From Candidatus Thiovulum imperiosus (GTDB taxonomy: Bacteria > Campylobacterota > Campylobacteria > Campylobacterales > Thiovulaceae): DNA of 64,000 nt. A program made the position numbers and the translations under genes. A model generated the notes under the pieces. The model was not told the DNA's origin and did no database searches. It was given only the letters and a program-made list of their open reading frames with translations. The stretch covers positions 23,104 through 87,103 of the forward strand of contig JAMJTW010000005.1 of the NCBI GenBank assembly GCA_024281175.1. The letters run 5' to 3'. This document shows, one piece after another, positions 17,607 to 25,636 of the stretch (position 1 is the stretch's first letter; every line of letters starts with the position of its first letter).

Positions 17607-19754
17607 ATGTTTTTAGAGGTGAAATTTAAACACTTGTCAAAAGTTGTTGCTTCAATTGTTGTTGGCAGTAGCATATTTTTTGGCTGTCAAAGTGAAAGTA
17701 ATAGTCATTATACAACTACAATAGAAGAACAGCAAGAAGAGAGAATTTTAAAAGCAAACATTTCTGTTGTTGAAGATGGTATAGTTGAAGAGAAAGCAAG
17801 AGCTACAAAAACCTTTATTGAGAGAGAGAAAGTTACTTCAGTTGTAGGAGTTTTGTCAAATGAAAGCGAAGTTTCAGAAGAGTATGTTCTTTCATTTGAC
17901 GAGATGAACTCATCAAAGCTTTATATAGAGCTTGAAGAAGCGAAACTTGAAAGTTTTTATCAAATTGCATTCAAAGCATTATCAAAAGATACTGAAGTGT
18001 TTGTTAGTGAAAACTATACAATTGCAGATTACCTTGATGATGTTATTGAACTAAAATTAACAGCTAAAGGTTTTGTAGAAGCTGAAAAGATTTCTGAAGT
18101 TGAAAGCGGTATCGACACATTAATTGTCAATAACCTGATAGAGAATGCTGATGGTAGCATCATTAAAAGTTTAGGGATAACTAAATTTAATGGTTTCTAT
18201 GACCAACATTTAAATATATCTCCTAAAGTAGAAGTGCAATCTTTAGAGAGTTTGCCTGAAGTTGGTCTATCTATTTTAAACCAAGATGCTGTTTTAGAAC
18301 TTACTCAAGATGTATTAGATTGGAACATCACAATTCACAACTCTTTTAGCGAAATAGATATAAATCTAACTATCGACACAAGCTCTTATATTTATACACT
18401 TGACTTAGAGAACTTAACAACTACCTTAATTGAAGAAGCGACTCAAGAAGAGAAAGAAGAGCCTGATACAGAAAAGCCTATTTTAGAGACTTCTCTTTTT
18501 TCCAATTCTCAAATTGAAGAGGGCGGAACAGTCTCAATTGAAGTGGTAAGTAGCGATAATAAGGCTCTTTCAGAAGTTTTCTACCAAATAAATGGAGGCA
18601 CTAAGCAAAATCTTGAAATTGTAGATGGAACTGTTTCAACAACTATTAAAGAGCTGTTGAATACAGAGGGAAGTTATAAGTTTCTTGTAACTTCAATTGA
18701 TACAGCTGGACTCTCTGCAACTTCAGAGCATTCCATTTCTGTTGTAAAACCTACTGACACAGAAACACCCAAAATATCACTTTATCTTATATCTGGAACA
18801 AAGATAGCAATTGATGATGAGGTGGAATTTAAAATCTCAACTTCGGACAATAGAGAACTTGAGAAAGTTGTGTACAAGATAGGGAGTAAATCTTTTTCTC
18901 CAATTTCTATTTCAGGGACTACAGATACCAGAAAGATTAAAGAAACCATGAATAGTTCTGGAGCAAAAACAGTAACTGTTACTGTTTATGATAAGGCTGG
19001 ACTAAGCTCATCTGCTTCTGTAAATTTTGAAGTGGTCGCAAAACCAGTTATAAGCATAGGAGATATTAAAAGCGAGTATAAGTACAATGAAACTGAGATT
19101 GAGTTTTCATGTAGTTCAAATGTTAATTTATCCTCTATCAAATGGGAACTTCGAGAAAAAGCTGATGATAGTCTTATAGATGATGGTGATTTCAGTCCAA
19201 ACAGTAAAACTTTTAGCCTGTTGTTGAATAGTGAAAAAGATTTCAATCCAAGATATAGTAACACTTACTATTTTAAAGTTGTCGCTACTGACAAACTAGG
19301 TCAAGAGACTTCAGTTTCTACTAAAGAGTTTGATGTTGTCATAGAGCCACTTGTAGAAATTACAGATGTCCCTACAACAAGTGCTGTAACCAACATAAAG
19401 TTTAAAACTATTTATCACCCAACTGGAATTGATACGCTTAGCTTCATGGTTGTTAAAGGAAATTCTTTGCTATACACAAGAGAGATAACTTACAAAAACA
19501 ACTCTTTTTCTCTTCCATCAGGCTCTTCAAAACAGAAAAGAGGTGTAGAGTTATATTCTAAAAGAGGTGATACAACTATTAGTCAATCTGATGACATAAA
19601 AACAGGAGATTTGCTGTTTTCTACAAATAAGGTGGATAGTTTATCTTCAAAACCTGAAAACGAAGATATTCTTGATGGAAAAATAATCTTTGTGTTTATA
19701 GTCAAAGATGAATTGGGATATGAAAGTGAAGCAAGAGTAGAGCACTTTTTCTAA
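17607..19754 (+). CDS. Large surface lipoprotein with tandem Ig-like (about 95-aa) repeats
   Basis: Lipobox SSIFFGC. Repeated modules read ...GGTVSIEVVSSDNKALSEVFYQINGG...SIDTAGLSATS and ...DDEVEFKISTSDNRELEKVVYKIGSK...VYDKAGLSSSAS. Confidence 0.6.
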   Translation: MFLEVKFKHLSKVVASIVVGSSIFFGCQSESNSHYTTTIEEQQEERILKANISVVEDGIVEEKARATKTFIEREKVTSVVGVLSNESEVSEEYVLSFDEMNSSKLYIELEEAKLESFYQIAFKALSKDTEVFVSENYTIADYLDDVIELKLTAKGFVEAEKISEVESGIDTLIVNNLIENADGSIIKSLGITKFNGFYDQHLNISPKVEVQSLESLPEVGLSILNQDAVLELTQDVLDWNITIHNSFSEIDINLTIDTSSYIYTLDLENLTTTLIEEATQEEKEEPDTEKPILETSLFSNSQIEEGGTVSIEVVSSDNKALSEVFYQINGGTKQNLEIVDGTVSTTIKELLNTEGSYKFLVTSIDTAGLSATSEHSISVVKPTDTETPKISLYLISGTKIAIDDEVEFKISTSDNRELEKVVYKIGSKSFSPISISGTTDTRKIKETMNSSGAKTVTVTVYDKAGLSSSASVNFEVVAKPVISIGDIKSEYKYNETEIEFSCSSNVNLSSIKWELREKADDSLIDDGDFSPNSKTFSLLLNSEKDFNPRYSNTYYFKVVATDKLGQETSVSTKEFDVVIEPLVEITDVPTTSAVTNIKFKTIYHPTGIDTLSFMVVKGNSLLYTREITYKNNSFSLPSGSSKQKRGVELYSKRGDTTISQSDDIKTGDLLFSTNKVDSLSSKPENEDILDGKIIFVFIVKDELGYESEARVEHFF

Positions 19755-19761
19755 ATCGACT

Positions 19762-21210
19762 TCAAGAGAGTAGTTTGCTACTCTCCTTCAAAAATGCTTC
19801 CGAAAATTCCTCAATTTCACCATTTTCTGTAATCATTTTTGTATCTTTTGTCCCTTTAAGAGCAAAATGAAAAGTGGCTGGAATTAAGTTCAATTGGGTC
19901 TCTTGAATTTTTAAGAGCTTTTTCACAAATCCCAATTCTAATCCCTCAACACTCTCTCTTTTCTCCTTTAGAAAATTTGTAATTTCTCTATTGTAATCTT
20001 GATTTAGAGCTACAATTCCAGAAACAACTCCTAAAGTCAAAATAGCATAATCCTTTTTTGGAACAATTCTTAAAACCTCTTTTACAGCCTCTTCTGAATT
20101 TAAGTAGTTGAAAATTACTTGAAAGGTTTTTTCATTTGAGTTATATTTTGTTTCAAATCCTAGCTTAAAAGCTTCAAGCTCTTTTTCAGAAATATAAACA
20201 TTTTTCAAATCAACAACAAACTTTCTTAGGTTGCTCTGAATTTTCAAAAAAGAAATTGCCATCTCTTCGGTTATTTGTTTGATTTCACCATCATAGATAA
20301 CTTGACCTTTTAGTTTTCTAAGTTTTTCAATGAGTTTTTCAAAACTTTTTTCAAACTCCTCTTTTTCAGGGTCTAACTCAAAAAAAAGTTTTTTTGCTTC
20401 TTCATACTCAAATTTTTCAAGATTGGCTGTAACTAATTCATTACAAATATAAGCATCTTTCCAATTTGAGTCTTTGAAAACAGTTTTTGATATATTTTGA
20501 GCATTTCGGAAATCTGTTTGATGGAGGTTACAATTTATAAATTGAGTATTTCTTAGGTTTGCTCCATTAAAACTTATGTTAGAAACATCAATATTTTCAA
20601 GATTTGCATGTTCAAGATTTGAATTTTCAAGATTTGCATGTTCAAGATTTGAATTTATACAATTTGAATATGAAAGATTTACATTTGTAAGATTTGTATT
20701 TGTAAGATTTGTATTCGTAAGATTTGCATTAGTTAAATTTGCTTTTTCCAAATCTGTATTGCTAAGATTTGCATTCTGAAAATCTACATGTTGAAGATTT
20801 GCATTCTGAAAATCTATATATTGAAGAATTGCATTTCTAAGACTTGCGTTTTTAAGATTTGTATTTTGAAAATTTGTATTGTCAAGATTAGCTTTTTCAA
20901 AATTTGTATATTGAAGATTAGCTCTTTCAAAGCTAGTCCTATAAAGATTAGCTCTTTCAAAGTTAGCTCTATAAAGATTTGTATTATCAAGACTAGTATT
21001 ACTAAGATTTATATTCCTAAAATTTATATTTTCAAGATTTAGATTTTCAAGACCTACACTTTGAAGATTTATATTAAATAAATCCATATTAATCTTATTT
21101 TTCCATTTATTCCAAACTTCAATTTTTGTATTTTCTGAACACCACTCTAAAAATTTTACATTCTCTTCAGGTGTATTATCTTTTGGATATGGAATATCTT
21201 CTTCTTTCAT
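19762..21210 (-). CDS. Pentapeptide-repeat protein with unique N- and C-terminal domains
   Basis: About 190 aa of A(N/D)LxN-type pentapeptides (NLYRANFERANLYRTSFERANLQYTNFEKANLDNTNF...). Paralog of 46507..47601. Confidence 0.85.
   Translation of the reverse strand: MKEEDIPYPKDNTPEENVKFLEWCSENTKIEVWNKWKNKINMDLFNINLQSVGLENLNLENINFRNINLSNTSLDNTNLYRANFERANLYRTSFERANLQYTNFEKANLDNTNFQNTNLKNASLRNAILQYIDFQNANLQHVDFQNANLSNTDLEKANLTNANLTNTNLTNTNLTNVNLSYSNCINSNLEHANLENSNLEHANLENIDVSNISFNGANLRNTQFINCNLHQTDFRNAQNISKTVFKDSNWKDAYICNELVTANLEKFEYEEAKKLFFELDPEKEEFEKSFEKLIEKLRKLKGQVIYDGEIKQITEEMAISFLKIQSNLRKFVVDLKNVYISEKELEAFKLGFETKYNSNEKTFQVIFNYLNSEEAVKEVLRIVPKKDYAILTLGVVSGIVALNQDYNREITNFLKEKRESVEGLELGFVKKLLKIQETQLNLIPATFHFALKGTKDTKMITENGEIEEFSEAFLKESSKLLS
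20560..21060. repeat. Degenerate 15-nt periodic DNA encoding the pentapeptide array
   Basis: Runs of AAGATTTG(C/T)ATT-like units. They create spurious antisense ORFs at 20576..20779 and 20788..21042. Confidence 0.7.
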
Positions 21211-21271
21211 CTTCTCTCTGCTAATTTATATTACAAAATAATAATAAAACTTATCTCAAAACACCATAAAT

Positions 21272-21994
21272 TCAAGACAAGGCTTGAATTTTCCATTTGA
21301 TTTGATTGTAAATTCCACCAACTTCCATTCCAAACTCTTTTCCGCTTTCGGTAAGTTTCCAAATTCCATTTTCAGAAACTTGGAAGCCACTCTTTTCCAG
21401 AAGTAGGTTCGTTTCCCGTCCTGAAATTCCATGTAACTTTCCAAGTTCTGTTGGAAGAAAATAGGAGTTTTGGAAATCGATTTCTAAAAGTTTTGTTGGA
21501 GAATTCTCTTTCAAAATTCTTTCCAAAAGTAGCAAGTCAAAAGAAGAAACATCTTGTAGAATTTCGATAAGTTCCAGAGCTTCACGAGTTTCTGAAACTG
21601 TTTCAGAAAGGGAAAGTTTTGGAAGTGAAATAGTTCCTTGCAAAATTTCTTCAATTTGCTCATCACACCAAATAGCAAATTCAGGAGAAATCCACCTTGC
21701 AAAGGAAACCATAAGTTTCTGATGTATCCAAGTTCCTTGAACTCTTTTATCACTGAAGTTTCCTTTGACAATTTTAATTAAAGTGTTGCCGATTTTTTCG
21801 GGAACACTCTTTTTCAAGGCTTCAATATACTCTTTTGTCTGTTTGGAATTTAACCACTCATTTAAATCTCTCTGATTACCTTTACTCGTTATAAATTGTT
21901 TAGCAGTTTTTGTAGCATTAATAAAGATTTCATTTTCAATTTTTTCAAAGTAGATAGGTTTCTCTTCAAAAATTTTTGTTAAAATTTCAACCAT
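21272..21994 (-). CDS. KilA-N + KilAC domain phage antirepressor-like protein (copy 1)
   Basis: Contains QGTWIHQKLMVSFARWISPEFAIWCDEQIEEIL (KilA-N) and the C-terminal [45 protein letters not shown]. Confidence 0.75.
   Translation of the reverse strand: MVEILTKIFEEKPIYFEKIENEIFINATKTAKQFITSKGNQRDLNEWLNSKQTKEYIEALKKSVPEKIGNTLIKIVKGNFSDKRVQGTWIHQKLMVSFARWISPEFAIWCDEQIEEILQGTISLPKLSLSETVSETREALELIEILQDVSSFDLLLLERILKENSPTKLLEIDFQNSYFLPTELGKLHGISGRETNLLLEKSGFQVSENGIWKLTESGKEFGMEVGGIYNQIKWKIQALS
21419..21704. repeat. About 285-bp near-identical block shared by the two KilA genes (partner 22472..22757)
   Basis: Read by eye: only a handful of substitutions, at a constant offset of 1053 bp. Confidence 0.8.
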
Positions 21995-22082
21995 AAAAAT
22001 TCTTTAAGTAGATTTTTGAAAGGGGTGTAATTTTGCCGTTTGCCTCTTTCGTTCAAATTATAATGTAATATATTTTAATTTG

Positions 22083-22307
22083 TCAAATATTTTTAGTGAA
22101 TTTAATTTCATTTTCAATATTTGAAACAAGTTTAAAATATCTATCTTGATAAATTAATGCTTTTAAGAGTGAAATAGCATATTGTTCCATTTTGCCCTTA
22201 GACCAATTTGTAATTGTATGTTGTGTAACTCCAATTCTTTCAGCCAACTCCTTTTGAGTAATCCCTAATTCTCGGCAAGTTTTCTTTACAAGATTCTCTT
22301 CTTCCAA
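22083..22307 (-). CDS. XRE-family helix-turn-helix protein (copy 1)
   Basis: Contains CRELGITQKELAERIGVTQHTITNWSKG. Confidence 0.75.
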   Translation of the reverse strand: MEEENLVKKTCRELGITQKELAERIGVTQHTITNWSKGKMEQYAISLLKALIYQDRYFKLVSNIENEIKFTKNI

Positions 22308-22336
22308 AAAAACCCTTTTTTGAAATTTTACAAAAC
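22228..22336. repeat. 109-bp identical block shared by the two HTH genes (partner 23288..23396)
   Basis: ACTCCAATTCTTTCAGCCAACTCC...GAAATTTTACAAAAC is identical in both copies, offset 1060 bp. Confidence 0.85.
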
Positions 22337-23014
22337 TTCAAGTTTCCATTTGAGTTGTGAAAACTTTCCGCGGTATTCCATTCCAAACTCTTTTCCACTT
22401 TCGGTAAGTTTCCAAATTCCATTTTCGGAAACTTGGAAGCCTAAAGCCTCGAGTTTCAAATTCGCTTCTCTTCCTGAAATTCCATGTAACTTTCCAAGTT
22501 CTGTTGGAAGAAAATAGGAGTTTTGGAAATCGATTTCTAAAAGTTTTGTTGGAGAATTCTCTTTCAAAATTCTTTCCAAAAGTAGCAAGTCGAAAGAAGA
22601 AACATCTTTTAGAATTTCGATAAGTTCCAGAGCTTCACGAGTTTCTGAAACTATTTCAGAAAGGGAAAGTTTTGGAGGCGAGATAGTTCCTTGCAAAATT
22701 TCTTCAATTTGCTCATCACACCAAATAGCAAATTCAGGAGAAATCCACCTTGCAAAAGCAATAATTAGCTTTTTATGTATCCAAGTTCCCTGCTCTTCAG
22801 GTTTTCCACCTTGTTGGATAACTACTAGTTTTTCCTTTGAAATGGAAAGATGCTTTGAAAGAGTTTCAATGTATTTTTTTGTTTCAGAATTTCTCAACCA
22901 ATTTGCTGTTGGTTTTCCAAACTTCTGTGCTATTGGAGTGATATGTAAATACAAATCTTTTCCAAGTGAAAAAAGAACTTCTACATCGTTAAATTTTTTT
23001 GATAAAATTTCCAA
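22328..23014 (-). CDS. KilA-N + KilAC domain phage antirepressor-like protein (copy 2)
   Basis: Contains QGTWIHKKLIIAFARWISPEFAIWCDEQIEEIL. The C-terminal half is nearly identical to copy 1. Confidence 0.75.
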   Translation of the reverse strand: MEILSKKFNDVEVLFSLGKDLYLHITPIAQKFGKPTANWLRNSETKKYIETLSKHLSISKEKLVVIQQGGKPEEQGTWIHKKLIIAFARWISPEFAIWCDEQIEEILQGTISPPKLSLSEIVSETREALELIEILKDVSSFDLLLLERILKENSPTKLLEIDFQNSYFLPTELGKLHGISGREANLKLEALGFQVSENGIWKLTESGKEFGMEYRGKFSQLKWKLEVL

Positions 23015-23115
23015 AATTATCCTTACGATAAAATTTAGAAGAGATGATTTAGCAGTGGTCTCTTCTTGACGGAATATTACAATTATTGTTTTTATTATGT
23101 CAAGTTTTCTATATT

Positions 23116-23421
23116 TTATCCGTTATGCGAATCTGAATAACGGAAATTTGTTTTGTTTAAAACTTTACTTAAAACATTTTGAAGTTCAAAATATTCCTCT
23201 TCAATTTTTAATAAATATAGAATTTTTTCTCCAGTCTTAGAAATTTTCGCTCTCCCACTACTCCAATCTGAAACTGTTTGGCGACTGACTCCAATTCTTT
23301 CAGCCAACTCCTTTTGAGTAATCCCTAATTCTCGGCAAGTTTTCTTTACAAGATTCTCTTCTTCCAAAAAAACCCTTTTTTGAAATTTTACAAAACCTTT
23401 TTTCTCCAAAATCAAATTCAT
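23116..23421 (-). CDS. XRE-family helix-turn-helix protein (copy 2, longer)
   Basis: Contains CRELGITQKELAERIGVSRQTVSDWSSG. 109 bp are identical to copy 1. Confidence 0.7.
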   Translation of the reverse strand: MNLILEKKGFVKFQKRVFLEEENLVKKTCRELGITQKELAERIGVSRQTVSDWSSGRAKISKTGEKILYLLKIEEEYFELQNVLSKVLNKTNFRYSDSHNG

Positions 23422-23564
23422 TTCAATTTCAGAAGCTCTATAAAGTTTTGCTGAGTATTCTTGTCACCTTAAATTTTTGTAAAGTAGTAAAATTTAAAAT
23501 AGAGTATCTTGTAAAACTTCACTTTTCTTCATAAAATAATATTTTGAATAATTAAGGAAAATAG

Positions 23565-25397
23565 ATGGCAAATAAATTGGAATTTGAAGACTCTCCGTAT
23601 CTTCAACAACATAAAAACAATCCAGTAAACTGGTATCCATGGGGTGAAGAGGCACTTTCAAAAGCGATAGAGGAGAAGAAACCGATATTTGTCTCAATTG
23701 GATATAGTAGTTGTCACTGGTGTCATGTTATGGAAAAAGAGAGTTTTGAAGATATACAAATTGCTGAGTTACTAAATAGGGATTTTATCTCAATTAAAAT
23801 AGATAGAGAAGAGAGACCAGATTTAGATAAATATTATCAAGACTTATATCAGATGTTGAATAGAAAAGGTGGTGGTTGGCCTCTTTCAGTTTTTCTTTCT
23901 CATGACAAGAAGCCTTTTCACATCGATACTTATATTCCAGATAGACGGAAATATGGTCGAGTTGGTATGTTTGAACTTTTGCCAACTATCTCTTATGAGT
24001 GGGCAACAAATAGAGAGGATATCTTGAAAAGCAGTACCAGAATTGATGTTTTATCTCGAACACTATCTGGAAATGAAGAGAGAGAAGTTGATGAGAAATT
24101 TGATGAAATCTTTTTAGAAAATGTTTCAAATCACTTCAATTCAAAATTTGGAGGCTTCTCACCAGCACCAAAATTTCCACAAATAGGAGTACTTAAGACA
24201 CTCTCTCTTCTGAATTCTATGGAGATGGTGGAGAAGACTTTAAAAGAGATGGTAAAAGGTGGTTTCTATGACCTCATCGATGGTGGATTTTGTAGATATT
24301 CTGTTGATGAAAAGTGGTTGGTTCCTCACTTTGAAAAGATGGCTTATGACAATGGTCTTCTTTTAGAACTCTTTTCAGACTTCTATCTAAAAAGTGGAAA
24401 TCCTCTTTTCAAGAGAATTGCCTTAGAAACAGCTAGTTTTCTCATGGAAAAGATGGAACAGGAAAACCTTTTCTATTCAGCAAGTGATGCAGATAGTGAA
24501 GGAGTTGAGGGAAAATACTTTGTTTATGATAAATCTGAAATTCCAGCAAAAGTTGGTAGTGAAGATTTTGAAGGCAAAGCTATTGTAAGAGTTGATGACT
24601 GGACAGAATTTCCAGAAGAGTTTCAAATTCTAAAAGATTTAAGAAAAGATAGAGTCTATCCAGATATTGATAAGAAGATAATCACTTCTTGGAATAGTAT
24701 GATTATCAAGGGTCTTTTAAAAGTTTCTAAAATAGAGAAGAGTTATCTTGAAATAGCTGAAAACTCTATGAATTCTCTACTTCAAAAAATGTATATAGAT
24801 GGTATTTTATATCACTCTCGACTTTTAGATAATAGTCCAAAAATAGAGGCTTTTTTAGAAGATTACGCCTATCTTACAGATGCTCTTATAGAACTATATC
24901 AAGAGACACTCAAAAGCGAATATCTTGAAGTTTTAGAAACTCTTGTAAATATTGCTGTTTCAAAATTTTGGAGAGGAAAACGGTGGTTCACATCAGATAG
25001 AGATAGTGACTTTCCAGTAGAAGCTGAAACTGAAGATAGCTCATACCCATCAAGTAGAGCAAAAATCATCATCTCTCTCTCAACATCAGCTCTACTTCTT
25101 GATAGATTGGATTTACAAGAGATTGCAAAAGATAGTGTTTCTCGCTCTTATAAAAATTTCACAAGATACCCAACAGCTTTTGGTACTTTTACAGAAGCGA
25201 TACTAAAATCCCACAAAGAACTTTTAGTTATAAAAGGAAAAAGAGAAGAGCTTGAGAAATTAGAAATTTCATCTCCTTTTGTTTTTAAAAAGGTTGCTGA
25301 AAATAGCGGATTTGATATCTGTGGAATTGGTCTCTGCTACAAAAATGTTGCATCTTCTGATGAGGTTTCAGAATTTATAAAAGGCTTTTTTATTTAG
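23565..25397 (+). CDS. Thioredoxin-domain (DUF255) / six-hairpin glycosidase-like protein (YyaL-type)
   Basis: Contains [17 protein letters not shown]...[19 protein letters not shown]. 610 aa. Confidence 0.85.
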   Translation: MANKLEFEDSPYLQQHKNNPVNWYPWGEEALSKAIEEKKPIFVSIGYSSCHWCHVMEKESFEDIQIAELLNRDFISIKIDREERPDLDKYYQDLYQMLNRKGGGWPLSVFLSHDKKPFHIDTYIPDRRKYGRVGMFELLPTISYEWATNREDILKSSTRIDVLSRTLSGNEEREVDEKFDEIFLENVSNHFNSKFGGFSPAPKFPQIGVLKTLSLLNSMEMVEKTLKEMVKGGFYDLIDGGFCRYSVDEKWLVPHFEKMAYDNGLLLELFSDFYLKSGNPLFKRIALETASFLMEKMEQENLFYSASDADSEGVEGKYFVYDKSEIPAKVGSEDFEGKAIVRVDDWTEFPEEFQILKDLRKDRVYPDIDKKIITSWNSMIIKGLLKVSKIEKSYLEIAENSMNSLLQKMYIDGILYHSRLLDNSPKIEAFLEDYAYLTDALIELYQETLKSEYLEVLETLVNIAVSKFWRGKRWFTSDRDSDFPVEAETEDSSYPSSRAKIIISLSTSALLLDRLDLQEIAKDSVSRSYKNFTRYPTAFGTFTEAILKSHKELLVIKGKREELEKLEISSPFVFKKVAENSGFDICGIGLCYKNVASSDEVSEFIKGFFI

Positions 25398-25480
25398 AAA
25401 CTTCCACTCTGAGCAAATGTAATTTGAAAGACTCTTATGCTCAGAGTATAATAGAGACATTCTAGAAAATAGGAGATAAG

Positions 25481-25627
25481 ATGAAAGCGATTTTATTCAT
25501 ACTTTTTACAATACCACTCTTTTCATGTGACTCAAATACAACTTATTGTGAAATAGAAAGCAGTGAGTTTTTTGCAGAGGGCGATGAGATAGATTTCGGT
25601 CTTACCGAATTGATAATGTTTCAATAA
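25481..25627 (+). CDS. Small putative lipoprotein (48 aa, not in ORF track)
   Basis: AGGAG lies 6 nt upstream of the ATG. The peptide MKAILFILFTIPLFSCDSN... has the lipobox LFSC. Confidence 0.35.
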   Translation: MKAILFILFTIPLFSCDSNTTYCEIESSEFFAEGDEIDFGLTELIMFQ

Positions 25628-25636
25628 GGAGAGGCA

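Noticed and set aside
20576-21042. Two plus-strand ORFs (67 and 84 aa) inside the pentapeptide-repeat gene
   Set aside because: They are an artefact of the 15-nt periodic DNA and translate to monotonous FxRFxF / ILKI repeats.
16104-23421. Intact prophage
   Set aside because: Only antirepressor-type (AntA, KilA-N, KilAC) and XRE genes are present. No integrase, terminase, capsid, tail or lysis genes occur in the region, so it is treated as phage-derived remnants or domesticated modules.
25407-25447. 10-bp inverted repeat ACTCTGAGCA...TGCTCAGAGT after the DUF255 gene, as a Rho-independent terminator
   Set aside because: The loop is about 21 nt and no T-tract follows. It may be a protein-binding site or fortuitous, so it is not annotated as a terminator.
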